The notes beneath the pieces are model-generated. The model did no database searches. It was not told the DNA's origin and saw only the letters and a program-made list of their open reading frames with translations. Positions 9,861-19,300 of a stretch of 64,000 bases of DNA are shown here, piece by piece (position 1 is the first letter of the stretch; every line of letters begins with the position of its first letter). The stretch lies in IMG/VR virus record IMGVR_UViG_3300046167_000921, positions 113,494 through 177,493 of that record; one strand, given 5' to 3'. The stretch comes from a virus. The position numbers were made by a program, and so were the translations under genes.

Positions 9861-10264
9861 AGACCGCAGGTAAGATTAAGCATAAGCTCCGACAAGTTCG
9901 CCATAGGCTATTGCAGAAAGCGATACGGACGGGCTTGAGTAAGAAGCCTTGCAACTGTGACCACGCGGGTCTAGTTAGAGGGAACTCATCCGAGCCTTTG
10001 TTTCATGTGTGCCTCCTTGACTCTGACAAGCCGAGGGAGTGGGAAGGTACGATATGTGATCCTTCCGTCCCTAACACTTGTCCTTTTTTCAAAACCTTTA
10101 GAGAGAAAGATCGGATTATAGAAGAGTTCAATCGCGACTTCGATGCTTTGCTTTCTCAAAAAGATATTGGCTCCATAGCCTCTCAGTATCCAGATGTGGC
10201 GGCTCTTCTTTGGGTTCTCGCAGGGGAAGAAGATGATAGAAATACTGAAACTGAAGAAAAGTAA
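9857..10264 (+). CDS. Hypothetical Cys-rich protein
   Basis: CNCDH, HVC, TICD, TCPFF. Coupled to upstream gene (ATGA). Confidence 0.65.
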   Translation: MKTAGKIKHKLRQVRHRLLQKAIRTGLSKKPCNCDHAGLVRGNSSEPLFHVCLLDSDKPREWEGTICDPSVPNTCPFFKTFREKDRIIEEFNRDFDALLSQKDIGSIASQYPDVAALLWVLAGEEDDRNTETEEK

Positions 10265-10661
10265 GACACCACTTGTGTTAGAAGTTGATGTCCCGCCTCT
10301 TTGTAGGCCACTTCTGGTAGGCAACCCCTCTAAGGATTCAGTCCTTAGGTGGGTTGAAGCTCCTTCCAAGAGAGACACCGTTTTAACTTGGGGTCAAGAG
10401 TGTCCTGTAGAAGAAACGGTAGCTCGGATGGTCACTATGGTCATAGAGAGAGGTGCTAAAGAAGGTTGGGGCATAGAACAACCCTCTTTAGCTTCTGCCG
10501 TAGAAAGACTTCGCTCTCTTGGGATAACAGAAGTGGAGTCTAAGGAGGGTCTTGTATACCCTAAAGACCCTTCTTTCTTAGGCTCTGTGATCGTCATAGG
10601 CGACCGCTCGTTTCCTGTTCTCCACAATGTGAGAAGAGGATTTTGCGTAGTTAGGTCTTAA
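10233..10661 (+). CDS. Hypothetical protein
   Basis: ORF track 10194..10661. ATG at 10233 (MIEILK) is the more plausible start. Confidence 0.6.
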   Translation: MIEILKLKKSKTPLVLEVDVPPLCRPLLVGNPSKDSVLRWVEAPSKRDTVLTWGQECPVEETVARMVTMVIERGAKEGWGIEQPSLASAVERLRSLGITEVESKEGLVYPKDPSFLGSVIVIGDRSFPVLHNVRRGFCVVRS

Positions 10662-11587
10662 GAGTTACCGAGCTCTTTCTCGATAGCCGCCTTAACGCCC
10701 TTAGTCTCAACACTGATGATAGACTCTAGTACATCAGGCTGGTCGCCGTACATATCAATAGCGATCTTTGCCCTCTTAGACCAATGCTTTGAGGTGTCCC
10801 ACTCGATTCCATTTGGAAGCATCTTGATCTTAGAGTTGTCTTTGCCTACAGGTACGGCACCCTGTGTAGGGTTTACCTCTCCTTCGATAGCTTGAAGGAT
10901 CTGTGCATTCTCTAAGGCCTGTTCGTCGATTTCCGAATCTTTTTCGGGAGCTGGGGGAGGGGCATCCTCTAGCGAGATATCATCTTCGATGTCAACACTT
11001 GCAGTTTTGACATGGGTGACGTGTGCTTCAAGGTTCTCTAACTTCGAGATTTCGGCACTCGCTTGAGACCCATCAGAGATCACAGTTTTCTGCCTAGAAG
11101 AAGTGCTTAACTTGATAGTTGAGAGGGACTCTGCCTCTTGCATCTCAGAGATGCCGTCATTCATAGACCCTGCAACTTCTGCACCTGACTTGTTGTCTAC
11201 TTTGGCGACAGTGATGATGTCTTCGTCTTGATTTTCAATGACGACAGGGAACTTAGACCCCTTCTTTTTCTCAGGTTCTTTGAGCCTTGTGACGGGACGC
11301 TCCTCGTCATAGACATTCTCGACAGCCATTTTCTTCGTTTTAATCTCAGGCTTCGGGGGTTCAGGCTCAGGCTCTGTGTTTTCTGAAACAATTGAGAGCC
11401 AACCACGCTTTACTCCAGCTTTCAGCTCGGGCATTTCAGTCACCTGCCCGCCGAACTTGAGTGAGAAACCATCGTATTCTACGACATCGCCTTCGTAGAT
11501 ATTCCTCTCAAGCCTGCCCAAGTGGATAACCGAGTTCGCTCTCAGCTTAACAAAAGTGCCTCTTTTAAAAATGGTATGAGAACTCAT
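10658..11587 (-). CDS. Hypothetical acidic protein
   Basis: 309 aa with AAGGAG SD. Low-complexity Pro/Glu linker. Confidence 0.75.
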   Translation of the reverse strand: MSSHTIFKRGTFVKLRANSVIHLGRLERNIYEGDVVEYDGFSLKFGGQVTEMPELKAGVKRGWLSIVSENTEPEPEPPKPEIKTKKMAVENVYDEERPVTRLKEPEKKKGSKFPVVIENQDEDIITVAKVDNKSGAEVAGSMNDGISEMQEAESLSTIKLSTSSRQKTVISDGSQASAEISKLENLEAHVTHVKTASVDIEDDISLEDAPPPAPEKDSEIDEQALENAQILQAIEGEVNPTQGAVPVGKDNSKIKMLPNGIEWDTSKHWSKRAKIAIDMYGDQPDVLESIISVETKGVKAAIEKELGNS

Positions 11588-11661
11588 GAGTATTCTCCTT
11601 TATGTTGGTTTTAAGTTCTCCTTATTTATACCAACATAAAGGCGAGATACCATAGTTTTTC

Positions 11662-14600
11662 TTAAGCACCTACAGTGACGCTAGAGATAAGAGACCAATT
11701 CGTCCCATTGTAGATGAAAGTAGCTGATGAGTAATCGTTGCTGAGAGTAATATTGCTACCTGTCGCGAGAGCGAGGCCGTCCGCAGTGCCTGAAGTTCCA
11801 TCGTCACTTAATATAAGGTTACCTCCACCACTCTTTTGGATCACCAAGATCGACCCTGTCTCTCCGCCTGTGATCGTTGAGATGGTATTGTTCGCACCGT
11901 CAGGGGTGACCTTATGGTACGACTTCGTGACAGCAAAAGTAATGTCTCCGTTACCAAGAGATATTGTCGAGGTATCTAGGACAGCTTGCCCGCCTACAGC
12001 CAAATCACTTGAAGTGATCACTCTTTGACCTGCATTAATTGTAAGGGCAGTGGATGCCGAGTTACTGCTCGACCCAGACCCGCTCGGAGATGCTGTCTTA
12101 AATACAATTGACCCGCCGTCAGCAGAACCCGTACTCAAGCCTCCTGATAAGGTAAGATCTGCACCTGTAAGATCCGCCCCTGATGCTTTACCGCCTCTTA
12201 CCATAGAGGTGTCAATAGGAGCCAGCTCAGAATCTGTTACGGTAATGTTCAGGTCTGTACCTAGAGAGAGATCTGTACTGATACCGTGAAATACTTTGTA
12301 GACTCCATCTTTTGCGTCTGCATCGGTTTCTTCTGGTTGGTAGATCATGCCTGCATATCGAGCGGCGGCGAGATTATTGCCGTATTTGGAGTACCAACCG
12401 AGATCTCTTGTGGCAGAGTCGTTATTTTGACCCAAGTAGATCATGCGGTCAGCTAGTTTGACTGCCGCACCTGTACCACTGAAGTTACCTGTAACGGTAA
12501 CATTGCCTGAGATAAGAACACCTTGTGCCGATGAACCTATGAGGGTCGGGTTGTCTTCGATAGCTATTGTAACTGCACCGTCGGTGTTTGTAACGCCAAT
12601 CTCATTAGCCGTTCCAAGAATGGAGAGTGCGTTATTTGTCTTCTGGTCAAAGCTGTATGTAGATCCCCCTCCCGAGTCTGTAGTTAACGTGTAGAGCACG
12701 TCTTCTTCAGTAAGCAGAATCTCAGCGTTGCCGTCTCCCCTATCCGCTTTCCAAGTGTCTGCAGTCTCATCATAGTGCAATGTCGCATCTGTCGAAGAAC
12801 CTCTGTTTACAGTGATACCTACGTTTTGTGAAGGAGCTACACCCCCTGCTAGATCACTATTTAATGTGATTGTACTTAAGCCATCACTTGTGACATTTAC
12901 GGAAGTTAATGTCGCCACGCCTGCGGTCAGCGTGCCTGTGGTCGTAAGGTTCTCATTGTCAAAGCTGATGGTGCCAGAAGCAGAGGTGATCAGCCCACTT
13001 GAAATGGAAATCGCACCGCCTGCGTCAGAGTCAGCAATGAGAGTATTTGCCACTTGGACATTACCCGCGTTGTTGAACTGCCAAACATTCTCGGACTCAT
13101 CCCAGAAGAAAACAGCGTCCGTGCCAGCCGAAGGTCTTGATACGGTGATCCCGAAGTCATGTGCGTCGAGTTCCGCTGTGTCATCCGAGTTGAATGTGAT
13201 CGCACCCAAGCTAGGGGTGTCAATCTGGATAGCACCAGACGAAGTCTTTACATTACCAGAAGCAGTGACCGTAGATTCTGTGCTTACCTCACCTGATGTG
13301 GCAACGGTGAAGTTAGGGTCTGTTGTGATCGTTCCGCCGACTGTGACCTGAGTCTCAGAGTGGAGCTTGCCTCCCTTTACGACAAAAGACCCTTCTGAGT
13401 CATCCCAATCAAACTGCACGTTTGCTGTCGTATCGTTCACTTTGAAGATAGATACGTCGGCATCCGCACTGTCTGAGTTCAAGAGGATTGCAACACTATT
13501 GGTGGGAGACGCTTTAATATTTAAAGTGTCATCGAGTGTACTTTGACCCGTGACCGTGAGAGTTGTTCCCACGCTTAGGTCTGAACTCGTCGCGGTACTC
13601 TGATTGAGCGTCAAAGACTCGGCGGTAGTGTTTACAGTAACGTAAGCCTCCCCCGCATCACCTTGCTTAATAACGAAAGCATCGGTGTCATTGTCAGCGA
13701 GTTCAACCACAATTCCATCGCCGTCGTTGTCCGACAGCGTATTGATCGCTAAGCCTGTCAAGGTCGTTACACCTGTGACATTAAGAGTAGAAGCGAGACT
13801 CAAGGCACCTGCCGTTGTTAAAGTCGCGGTTGTAGTTCCCGCTGAAGTTGTATCGCCTACGGTTAAGGCGTTTGCTCCTGCTTTGCCTTGAAGGTGGAGG
13901 CCAGAAACAGAGTTAATGTTAAACTCGTCATTGTCCTCATCCCATTCAATCAAGGCATTAGTCTCAGTGCCTCTTTCAACTGTTATCAGCTTAGCGTCGC
14001 TCTCTTCGCCATTTCCTGTAAGGTCTGAGTTGAAGACGATACCGTTAGTGTTCGACTCTACGTTCACCTCCCCCTGTAGGGTAGTTAGACCACTAAAGGC
14101 AGTAGGTTGAGCTAAAGTGATTAGTTCAGATCCCTCGGTGGTGTTGAAGGTCATGTATGAGTCCGCGTCACCTCCAGCACCGAGATCTTTAATTTCAAGA
14201 GCGTTGGCGATGTTGTTCACCAAGTTGATCTTAAAGCTCCCCGTCCCTGTAGAACTTGCTCTCAAGTCATCGGTTTTAAATTGACCCGTTACGGTGGTGA
14301 TGCTGTTCGTAGTGTCTACGTTTACAACGTCAGTGCCGTTTGCTTTCTCTACTACTAGGGCGGCGGTGTTATCTGCTTTTACGTTGACTGTATTAAGTAT
14401 CGAAGTGACACCTGTATTACTTACGCTAAAGACATCAGCACCAACATTGATTCCTGCATCGGGTTCGAACACCGCTGTTGTAACAGTGACCTTTGGTGTG
14501 GTGGTGTCAATGTTAAAGATCTCACCGTTTGCATCTGTCTCCACCTTCAAAGCATTGGCGGAGGTCTTGGTTACGAGAACTTCACCTGTTGTTGAAAGGT

Positions 14601-17600
14601 TATAATTCGCCCCGTCAACAGTGAATCCGTTAGTGTCAATGGCGATACCACCATTTGCGTTCACTACCCCCGCTGAAGTCACGGCATTGGTTGTCGTCAA
14701 CGTACCTATCTTCAACGCACCCCAAGTAGTTGGTTCAGTGAAGTCCGTCGCGGTACTTGCCGTTTGAGTGAGACCCATCTTAAAGATAGAGTCGTCTTCA
14801 TCGAAGAAGAACACCGCATCGTCTTCATCGCTCCCCCTCTCCATGAAGATACCGATGTCTCTGGTGTTATTAGCCCCAGATCCCGCTCCTTTGTTAAGAC
14901 GGATCATTGAATCCACTACTTCAAGATCCGTCGAGTTCACTGTGGTGAGAGTTCCGTTCACCGTGAGGTTGGTGCAAGTTACAGAACCTGTTGTAGTGAG
15001 ATTCTCATTTGCGAAGTCAATCGTACCTGTAGCAGAAGTGACCTCGCCGTTATTAAAGGTGAAATCTGCGATCTGAGTTCCTTCTGCGGTAGCCGTGATC
15101 GTAGAGGTGACAGCTAGAGTCCCCCCTACAGAGGTATTCCCACTCGCAGAGGCGACACTGAAGTTCCCATTAACGTCGAAGTTGCCTACGGAGTGTAGGG
15201 CGTTCGAGACTGACCACTCATCCTCAGACTCATCCCATTGGATGTAGGAGTTGGTTGCCGTGCCTCTCTCCACTTCAATCTTAGCGTCTCTCTCAGTTCC
15301 GACTGCGGTAGCATCTGAGTTGAGAAGTACTAAAGCAGATTGATTGTTCGCATCTCCTGCGAGGTCAGAGGACAAGATGGAAAGTACCCCATTTAGAGAA
15401 GTCGCCCCCGAAACATCAAAAGATCCCGACACTGTCGTTGCACCCGTAACATCAAGAGGTCGGTTTACTTCAACGAGGTCATTCGTACCATCCACAAAAA
15501 GAGCTTCTGAAGAGAGAGGTGTCTCAACTCTAAAGTCTGTGGCATTTCCGTTTTCGTTGACCACGATGTTCCCACCGTTTAGCCCGATAGCCCCGCTGGT
15601 GAAGTTCGCAGTCCCTGCAAAAATCACATCTCTACTGAACGTGATCAGCTCTAAGCCGTCTGTTGTGTCTACCTTGATATAACTGTTTAGACCTTCTTTA
15701 ACTTCAAAAGATCCCGCAACATTATCATCCATCGAAACAACAATGGTAGAGCTGTCAGAAGAGATCGTATCAAGGGAGATATCACCCACATTAGTGATAT
15801 CTCCCTCCGCGACGCTGAGAGAAGCAACGGTAACAGAACCTGTTGTAGTGAGATTCTCATTTGCGAAGTCAATCGTACCTGTAGCAGAAGTAACCTCGCC
15901 GTTATTAAAGGTGAAATCTGCGATCTGAGTTCCCTCTGCGGTAGCCGTGATCGTAGAGGTGACAGTGAGTGTGCCTCCGATCTGAGTATTACCTGACGTG
16001 TCCGCTACAGAGAAGTTATCAGCAGTGATTCCCCCATTCGCGGTAAGAAGACCATCGACCGTCACGGCATCCTCTGCTTGAAGAGTTCCGCTGATGGTTG
16101 TATTACCTGACGTATCCGCTACAGTGAAATTATCGGCAGAGATCCCCCCGCTCGCAGTAAGAAGACCGTCAACAGTAAGAGTGCCTCCGACCTGAGTATT
16201 ACCTGACGTATCCGCTACAGAGAAGTTATCAGCAGTGATCCCTGCGTTTGCAGTAAGAAGGCCATCGACCGTCACAGTCGCTGAAGCATTGACCGCATCT
16301 GAGAAGGTAGTCTCCTTACCGAATGTGATCAGCTCTGAACCGTCTGTTGTGTCTGCCTTGATATAACTGTTTAGACCTTCTTTAACTTCAAAAGATCCCG
16401 CAACATTGTCATCCATCGAAACAACAATGGTAGAGCTGTCAGAAGAGATCGTGTCGAGAGAGATGTCACCTACATTAGTGATATTCCCGTCAGAGACGTT
16501 GAGAGAAGCAACGGTAACAGAACCTGTAGTAGTGAGACTTTCATTGCTGAAGTCAATCGTACCTGTTGCAGAAGTGATCTCGCCGTTATTAAAGGTGAAA
16601 TCTGCAATCCGAGATCCCTCTGCGGTAGCCGTGACTGTAGAGGTGACAGTAAGAGTGCCTCCGATTTGGGTATTACCCGTAGCATCCGCTACAGAGAAGT
16701 TATCAGCAGTGATCCCTGCATTCGCGGTAAGAAGGCCGTCTACGGTCAGGGCGGAGTCGTAAGATACGTCACCCGTAAAGGTAGCTGTGTCAAAGGCCAC
16801 CTCCTTACCGAATGTGATCAGCTCTGAACCGTCTGTCGTATCTACCTTGATATAACTGTTTAGACCTTCTTTAACTTCAAAAGATCCCGCAACATTGTCA
16901 TCCATCGAAACAACAACAGTAGAGCTGTCAGAAGAGATCGTATCAAGGGAGATGTCACCTACATTAGTGATATTCCCGTCAGAGACGTTGAGTGAGGTCA
17001 GAGTCCCAGCTCCCCCAGACAGGGTTCCTATTGTGGTGAGGTTCTCATTACTGAAGTCAATCGTACCTGTAGCAGAAGTGACCTCGCCGTTATTAAAGGT
17101 GAAATCTGCGATCTGAGTTCCTTCTGCGGTAGCTGTGATCGCACCTACGACAGTAGTCGCACCAGATGCCGCCGTGATCGTAAAGTTTCCGTTGACATCG
17201 AAGTCCCCCGTTACGTTCATGGTGCCAGAAGTGCTCACATTGCCTGATGTGTCTGCTACGGTGAACACCCCGCCATCGGCGGTGATCCCACCATTTGCGG
17301 TAAGGAGACCAGATAGTGTTGCCGTATTGATCGAGGCATTACCTGTAGAGGTAACATCTGTGGAGCTCAAGTTTCCTGTTGTAGAAACATTCTCATTACC
17401 AAAGTCAATGCCCGCTCCATTTGTGGATGCCTCTATGGTAGTACCCGAGAAAGTAATACCTGCGAGCCTATGTCCGTCACTGTCGGAGGTGACTACACCC
17501 GCATTACTGACACTGAAGTTTGAAGCCCCGTCAACAGCACCTTGGGTGATTGCCCCAACTACGTTTATGCCCTCTGACACTGAGAAGTAAGTAGAGCTTT

Positions 17601-19248
17601 CATCCCAAGATAGGGTTGCGTAGGAGACGCCTCTATCTACTCTCAGGAGAGTCTCGTCTTGTGCGTCTGCTTCATCGTGCCTGAAGGTAATTCCGTTCGT
17701 GGAGCTATCCGAAATGTAGAGGTTTCGGGTAACAACAAGGTCTTGACCTACAGTGAAGTCTGTAGAAGCACTAGCATTATTAGAGAGAGCCCAAGTGCTA
17801 GTGCCATTGTCCCATTGGATTGTGGCATAAGAGGGTGCGTTACTGAGAGCAACTGCAATAGATGCGTTTGCTGGGGTGTTATCCGTGGTGGCATCAGAGT
17901 TCAATATAATCTGATGAGTCGCTCCCTTCTCGACAGAGAGGGTTGAGTTGGAGCTTACGGTAGCTCCACTCGTTAACGTAACCTCGCCACCGACAGTCAA
18001 CGTCCCTGTGGTAGAGAGGTTATTGTCGTTAAAAGAGAGGTCATTGTTAGCGTTTGTTGTCTGGATTTGACCATCCGTGAGCTCTATGTCTCCTACTGTT
18101 GAAGCAGAGGCTAAAGTAGAGATCCCTGTAACATCTAGCGTCCCTGCAATTGAGGTGTCACCTGTTGTGTCGGCGACGGTGAACTTATTAGTGTCTACTG
18201 CAAGGCCCGCGTTCGCGTTAAGTAAGCTTGAGAATGTGGCGATACCTGTGACTGCCAAAGTTGTGGCCACCTGAACCGTACCTGTAGTCTCTAAACTTTT
18301 TAGTTTGAGGTCAGAGTAATCGGTAGGGTTGAAATTTGTATCTCCGCCCGTGGCTCCGTTGGGAGCTTGTGCGAGTTTAAAAACCTGATCGGTGTTGTCG
18401 AAGATAAATAGTTGATCTCCTTCAGCACCAGGGTTGGTGATAAATAGGCCAATGTCGTTTGCTACGTCCCCATTGTTGAGGATCATAACGGGGTCTTGGA
18501 CAGTAACTTGATCTGTATTGACAGTAGTTGTAGTTCCGTTAACTGTCAGGTTGCCTGTCACAGTAAGATCGTTGCTTACCGTGAGGTCGTTTGAAACCGT
18601 CACGTCATTCGGGAGTCCGATAGTTACAATCGAACCGTTGGCATTATCCCCGTCAGCGGTTACGGCAACTGTAGTCTCAGAGTTTGTTGCGGTGAAAGTG
18701 AGGGTCTGTCCGAGAGGCAGATTATCGGTGTTAGCTCCATCTGAGATTGTGATCGTAGAGTTAGCTAACTTCGAGTTGGTTACTTGACCGTCTTCTATGT
18801 TTGGGGTCTGGATTGCATCTGTGGTGAGGGAAGCGACACCTGTTGCAGAGATTGTCAGGTCTCCAGAGATAGCTACGTTCTCCCACCTTGAATCATTGTC
18901 GTTATCGTAGATAAGGACATGGGCTTCCCCAACACCTGCAATATTTACATCTGTGAGGTCTCCAACTTGGATGCCACCACCTGAGTCAACATACGCCTTA
19001 GTCGCTACGTCTTGTGCATTCGTAGGGTCTGCCACATCTACGATCTTTTGACCATTGAAATCAACATCGGCAGAAGGGGCTATGTTAGAGAGAGTAGGAA
19101 GGGCTGTCTCAGTCCCTCCTGCGGTAGCCCCGTCGTGAACCCGAATTGTGTTCTTCGTGGTGTCTACGGTGATCTCACCGACAGCACCTGTGAAAGCATT
19201 ATTCTCAGCAGTTGTTCCCCTGCGTAATTGTACTCTGCGGACTGACAT
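11662..19248 (-). CDS. Giant tail-fibre/adhesin-like protein (2528 aa) with Mtd_N-like N-terminus
   Basis: N-terminus VQLRRGTTAENNAFTGAVGEITVDTTKNTIRVHDGATAGG matches the major-tropism-determinant N-terminal domain type. KIVDVADPTNAQDVATKAYVD fibre motif follows. T/S/G/D/N-rich internal repeats. AAGGAG SD. Confidence 0.85.
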   Translation of the reverse strand: MSVRRVQLRRGTTAENNAFTGAVGEITVDTTKNTIRVHDGATAGGTETALPTLSNIAPSADVDFNGQKIVDVADPTNAQDVATKAYVDSGGGIQVGDLTDVNIAGVGEAHVLIYDNDNDSRWENVAISGDLTISATGVASLTTDAIQTPNIEDGQVTNSKLANSTITISDGANTDNLPLGQTLTFTATNSETTVAVTADGDNANGSIVTIGLPNDVTVSNDLTVSNDLTVTGNLTVNGTTTTVNTDQVTVQDPVMILNNGDVANDIGLFITNPGAEGDQLFIFDNTDQVFKLAQAPNGATGGDTNFNPTDYSDLKLKSLETTGTVQVATTLAVTGIATFSSLLNANAGLAVDTNKFTVADTTGDTSIAGTLDVTGISTLASASTVGDIELTDGQIQTTNANNDLSFNDNNLSTTGTLTVGGEVTLTSGATVSSNSTLSVEKGATHQIILNSDATTDNTPANASIAVALSNAPSYATIQWDNGTSTWALSNNASASTDFTVGQDLVVTRNLYISDSSTNGITFRHDEADAQDETLLRVDRGVSYATLSWDESSTYFSVSEGINVVGAITQGAVDGASNFSVSNAGVVTSDSDGHRLAGITFSGTTIEASTNGAGIDFGNENVSTTGNLSSTDVTSTGNASINTATLSGLLTANGGITADGGVFTVADTSGNVSTSGTMNVTGDFDVNGNFTITAASGATTVVGAITATAEGTQIADFTFNNGEVTSATGTIDFSNENLTTIGTLSGGAGTLTSLNVSDGNITNVGDISLDTISSDSSTVVVSMDDNVAGSFEVKEGLNSYIKVDTTDGSELITFGKEVAFDTATFTGDVSYDSALTVDGLLTANAGITADNFSVADATGNTQIGGTLTVTSTVTATAEGSRIADFTFNNGEITSATGTIDFSNESLTTTGSVTVASLNVSDGNITNVGDISLDTISSDSSTIVVSMDDNVAGSFEVKEGLNSYIKADTTDGSELITFGKETTFSDAVNASATVTVDGLLTANAGITADNFSVADTSGNTQVGGTLTVDGLLTASGGISADNFTVADTSGNTTISGTLQAEDAVTVDGLLTANGGITADNFSVADTSGNTQIGGTLTVTSTITATAEGTQIADFTFNNGEVTSATGTIDFANENLTTTGSVTVASLSVAEGDITNVGDISLDTISSDSSTIVVSMDDNVAGSFEVKEGLNSYIKVDTTDGLELITFSRDVIFAGTANFTSGAIGLNGGNIVVNENGNATDFRVETPLSSEALFVDGTNDLVEVNRPLDVTGATTVSGSFDVSGATSLNGVLSILSSDLAGDANNQSALVLLNSDATAVGTERDAKIEVERGTATNSYIQWDESEDEWSVSNALHSVGNFDVNGNFSVASASGNTSVGGTLAVTSTITATAEGTQIADFTFNNGEVTSATGTIDFANENLTTTGSVTCTNLTVNGTLTTVNSTDLEVVDSMIRLNKGAGSGANNTRDIGIFMERGSDEDDAVFFFDEDDSIFKMGLTQTASTATDFTEPTTWGALKIGTLTTTNAVTSAGVVNANGGIAIDTNGFTVDGANYNLSTTGEVLVTKTSANALKVETDANGEIFNIDTTTPKVTVTTAVFEPDAGINVGADVFSVSNTGVTSILNTVNVKADNTAALVVEKANGTDVVNVDTTNSITTVTGQFKTDDLRASSTGTGSFKINLVNNIANALEIKDLGAGGDADSYMTFNTTEGSELITLAQPTAFSGLTTLQGEVNVESNTNGIVFNSDLTGNGEESDAKLITVERGTETNALIEWDEDNDEFNINSVSGLHLQGKAGANALTVGDTTSAGTTTATLTTAGALSLASTLNVTGVTTLTGLAINTLSDNDGDGIVVELADNDTDAFVIKQGDAGEAYVTVNTTAESLTLNQSTATSSDLSVGTTLTVTGQSTLDDTLNIKASPTNSVAILLNSDSADADVSIFKVNDTTANVQFDWDDSEGSFVVKGGKLHSETQVTVGGTITTDPNFTVATSGEVSTESTVTASGNVKTSSGAIQIDTPSLGAITFNSDDTAELDAHDFGITVSRPSAGTDAVFFWDESENVWQFNNAGNVQVANTLIADSDAGGAISISSGLITSASGTISFDNENLTTTGTLTAGVATLTSVNVTSDGLSTITLNSDLAGGVAPSQNVGITVNRGSSTDATLHYDETADTWKADRGDGNAEILLTEEDVLYTLTTDSGGGSTYSFDQKTNNALSILGTANEIGVTNTDGAVTIAIEDNPTLIGSSAQGVLISGNVTVTGNFSGTGAAVKLADRMIYLGQNNDSATRDLGWYSKYGNNLAAARYAGMIYQPEETDADAKDGVYKVFHGISTDLSLGTDLNITVTDSELAPIDTSMVRGGKASGADLTGADLTLSGGLSTGSADGGSIVFKTASPSGSGSSSNSASTALTINAGQRVITSSDLAVGGQAVLDTSTISLGNGDITFAVTKSYHKVTPDGANNTISTITGGETGSILVIQKSGGGNLILSDDGTSGTADGLALATGSNITLSNDYSSATFIYNGTNWSLISSVTVGA
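14981..15965. repeat. Near-identical 133-nt direct repeat inside the fibre gene (14981-15113 and 15833-15965)
   Basis: 131/133 identical by manual alignment, both differences synonymous. More diverged copies near 16.52-16.65 kb and 17.04-17.14 kb. Confidence 0.9.
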
Positions 19249-19286
19249 GGAATTTACTCCTTCTGATATTTTTGTAGTCGATATAT

Positions 19287-19300
19287 ATACAAGAGTTATT
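19287..19300 (-). promoter_or_regulatory. Putative late-promoter motif variant
   Basis: Minus strand AATAACTCTTGTAT about 40 nt upstream of the 2528-aa gene. Confidence 0.3.
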
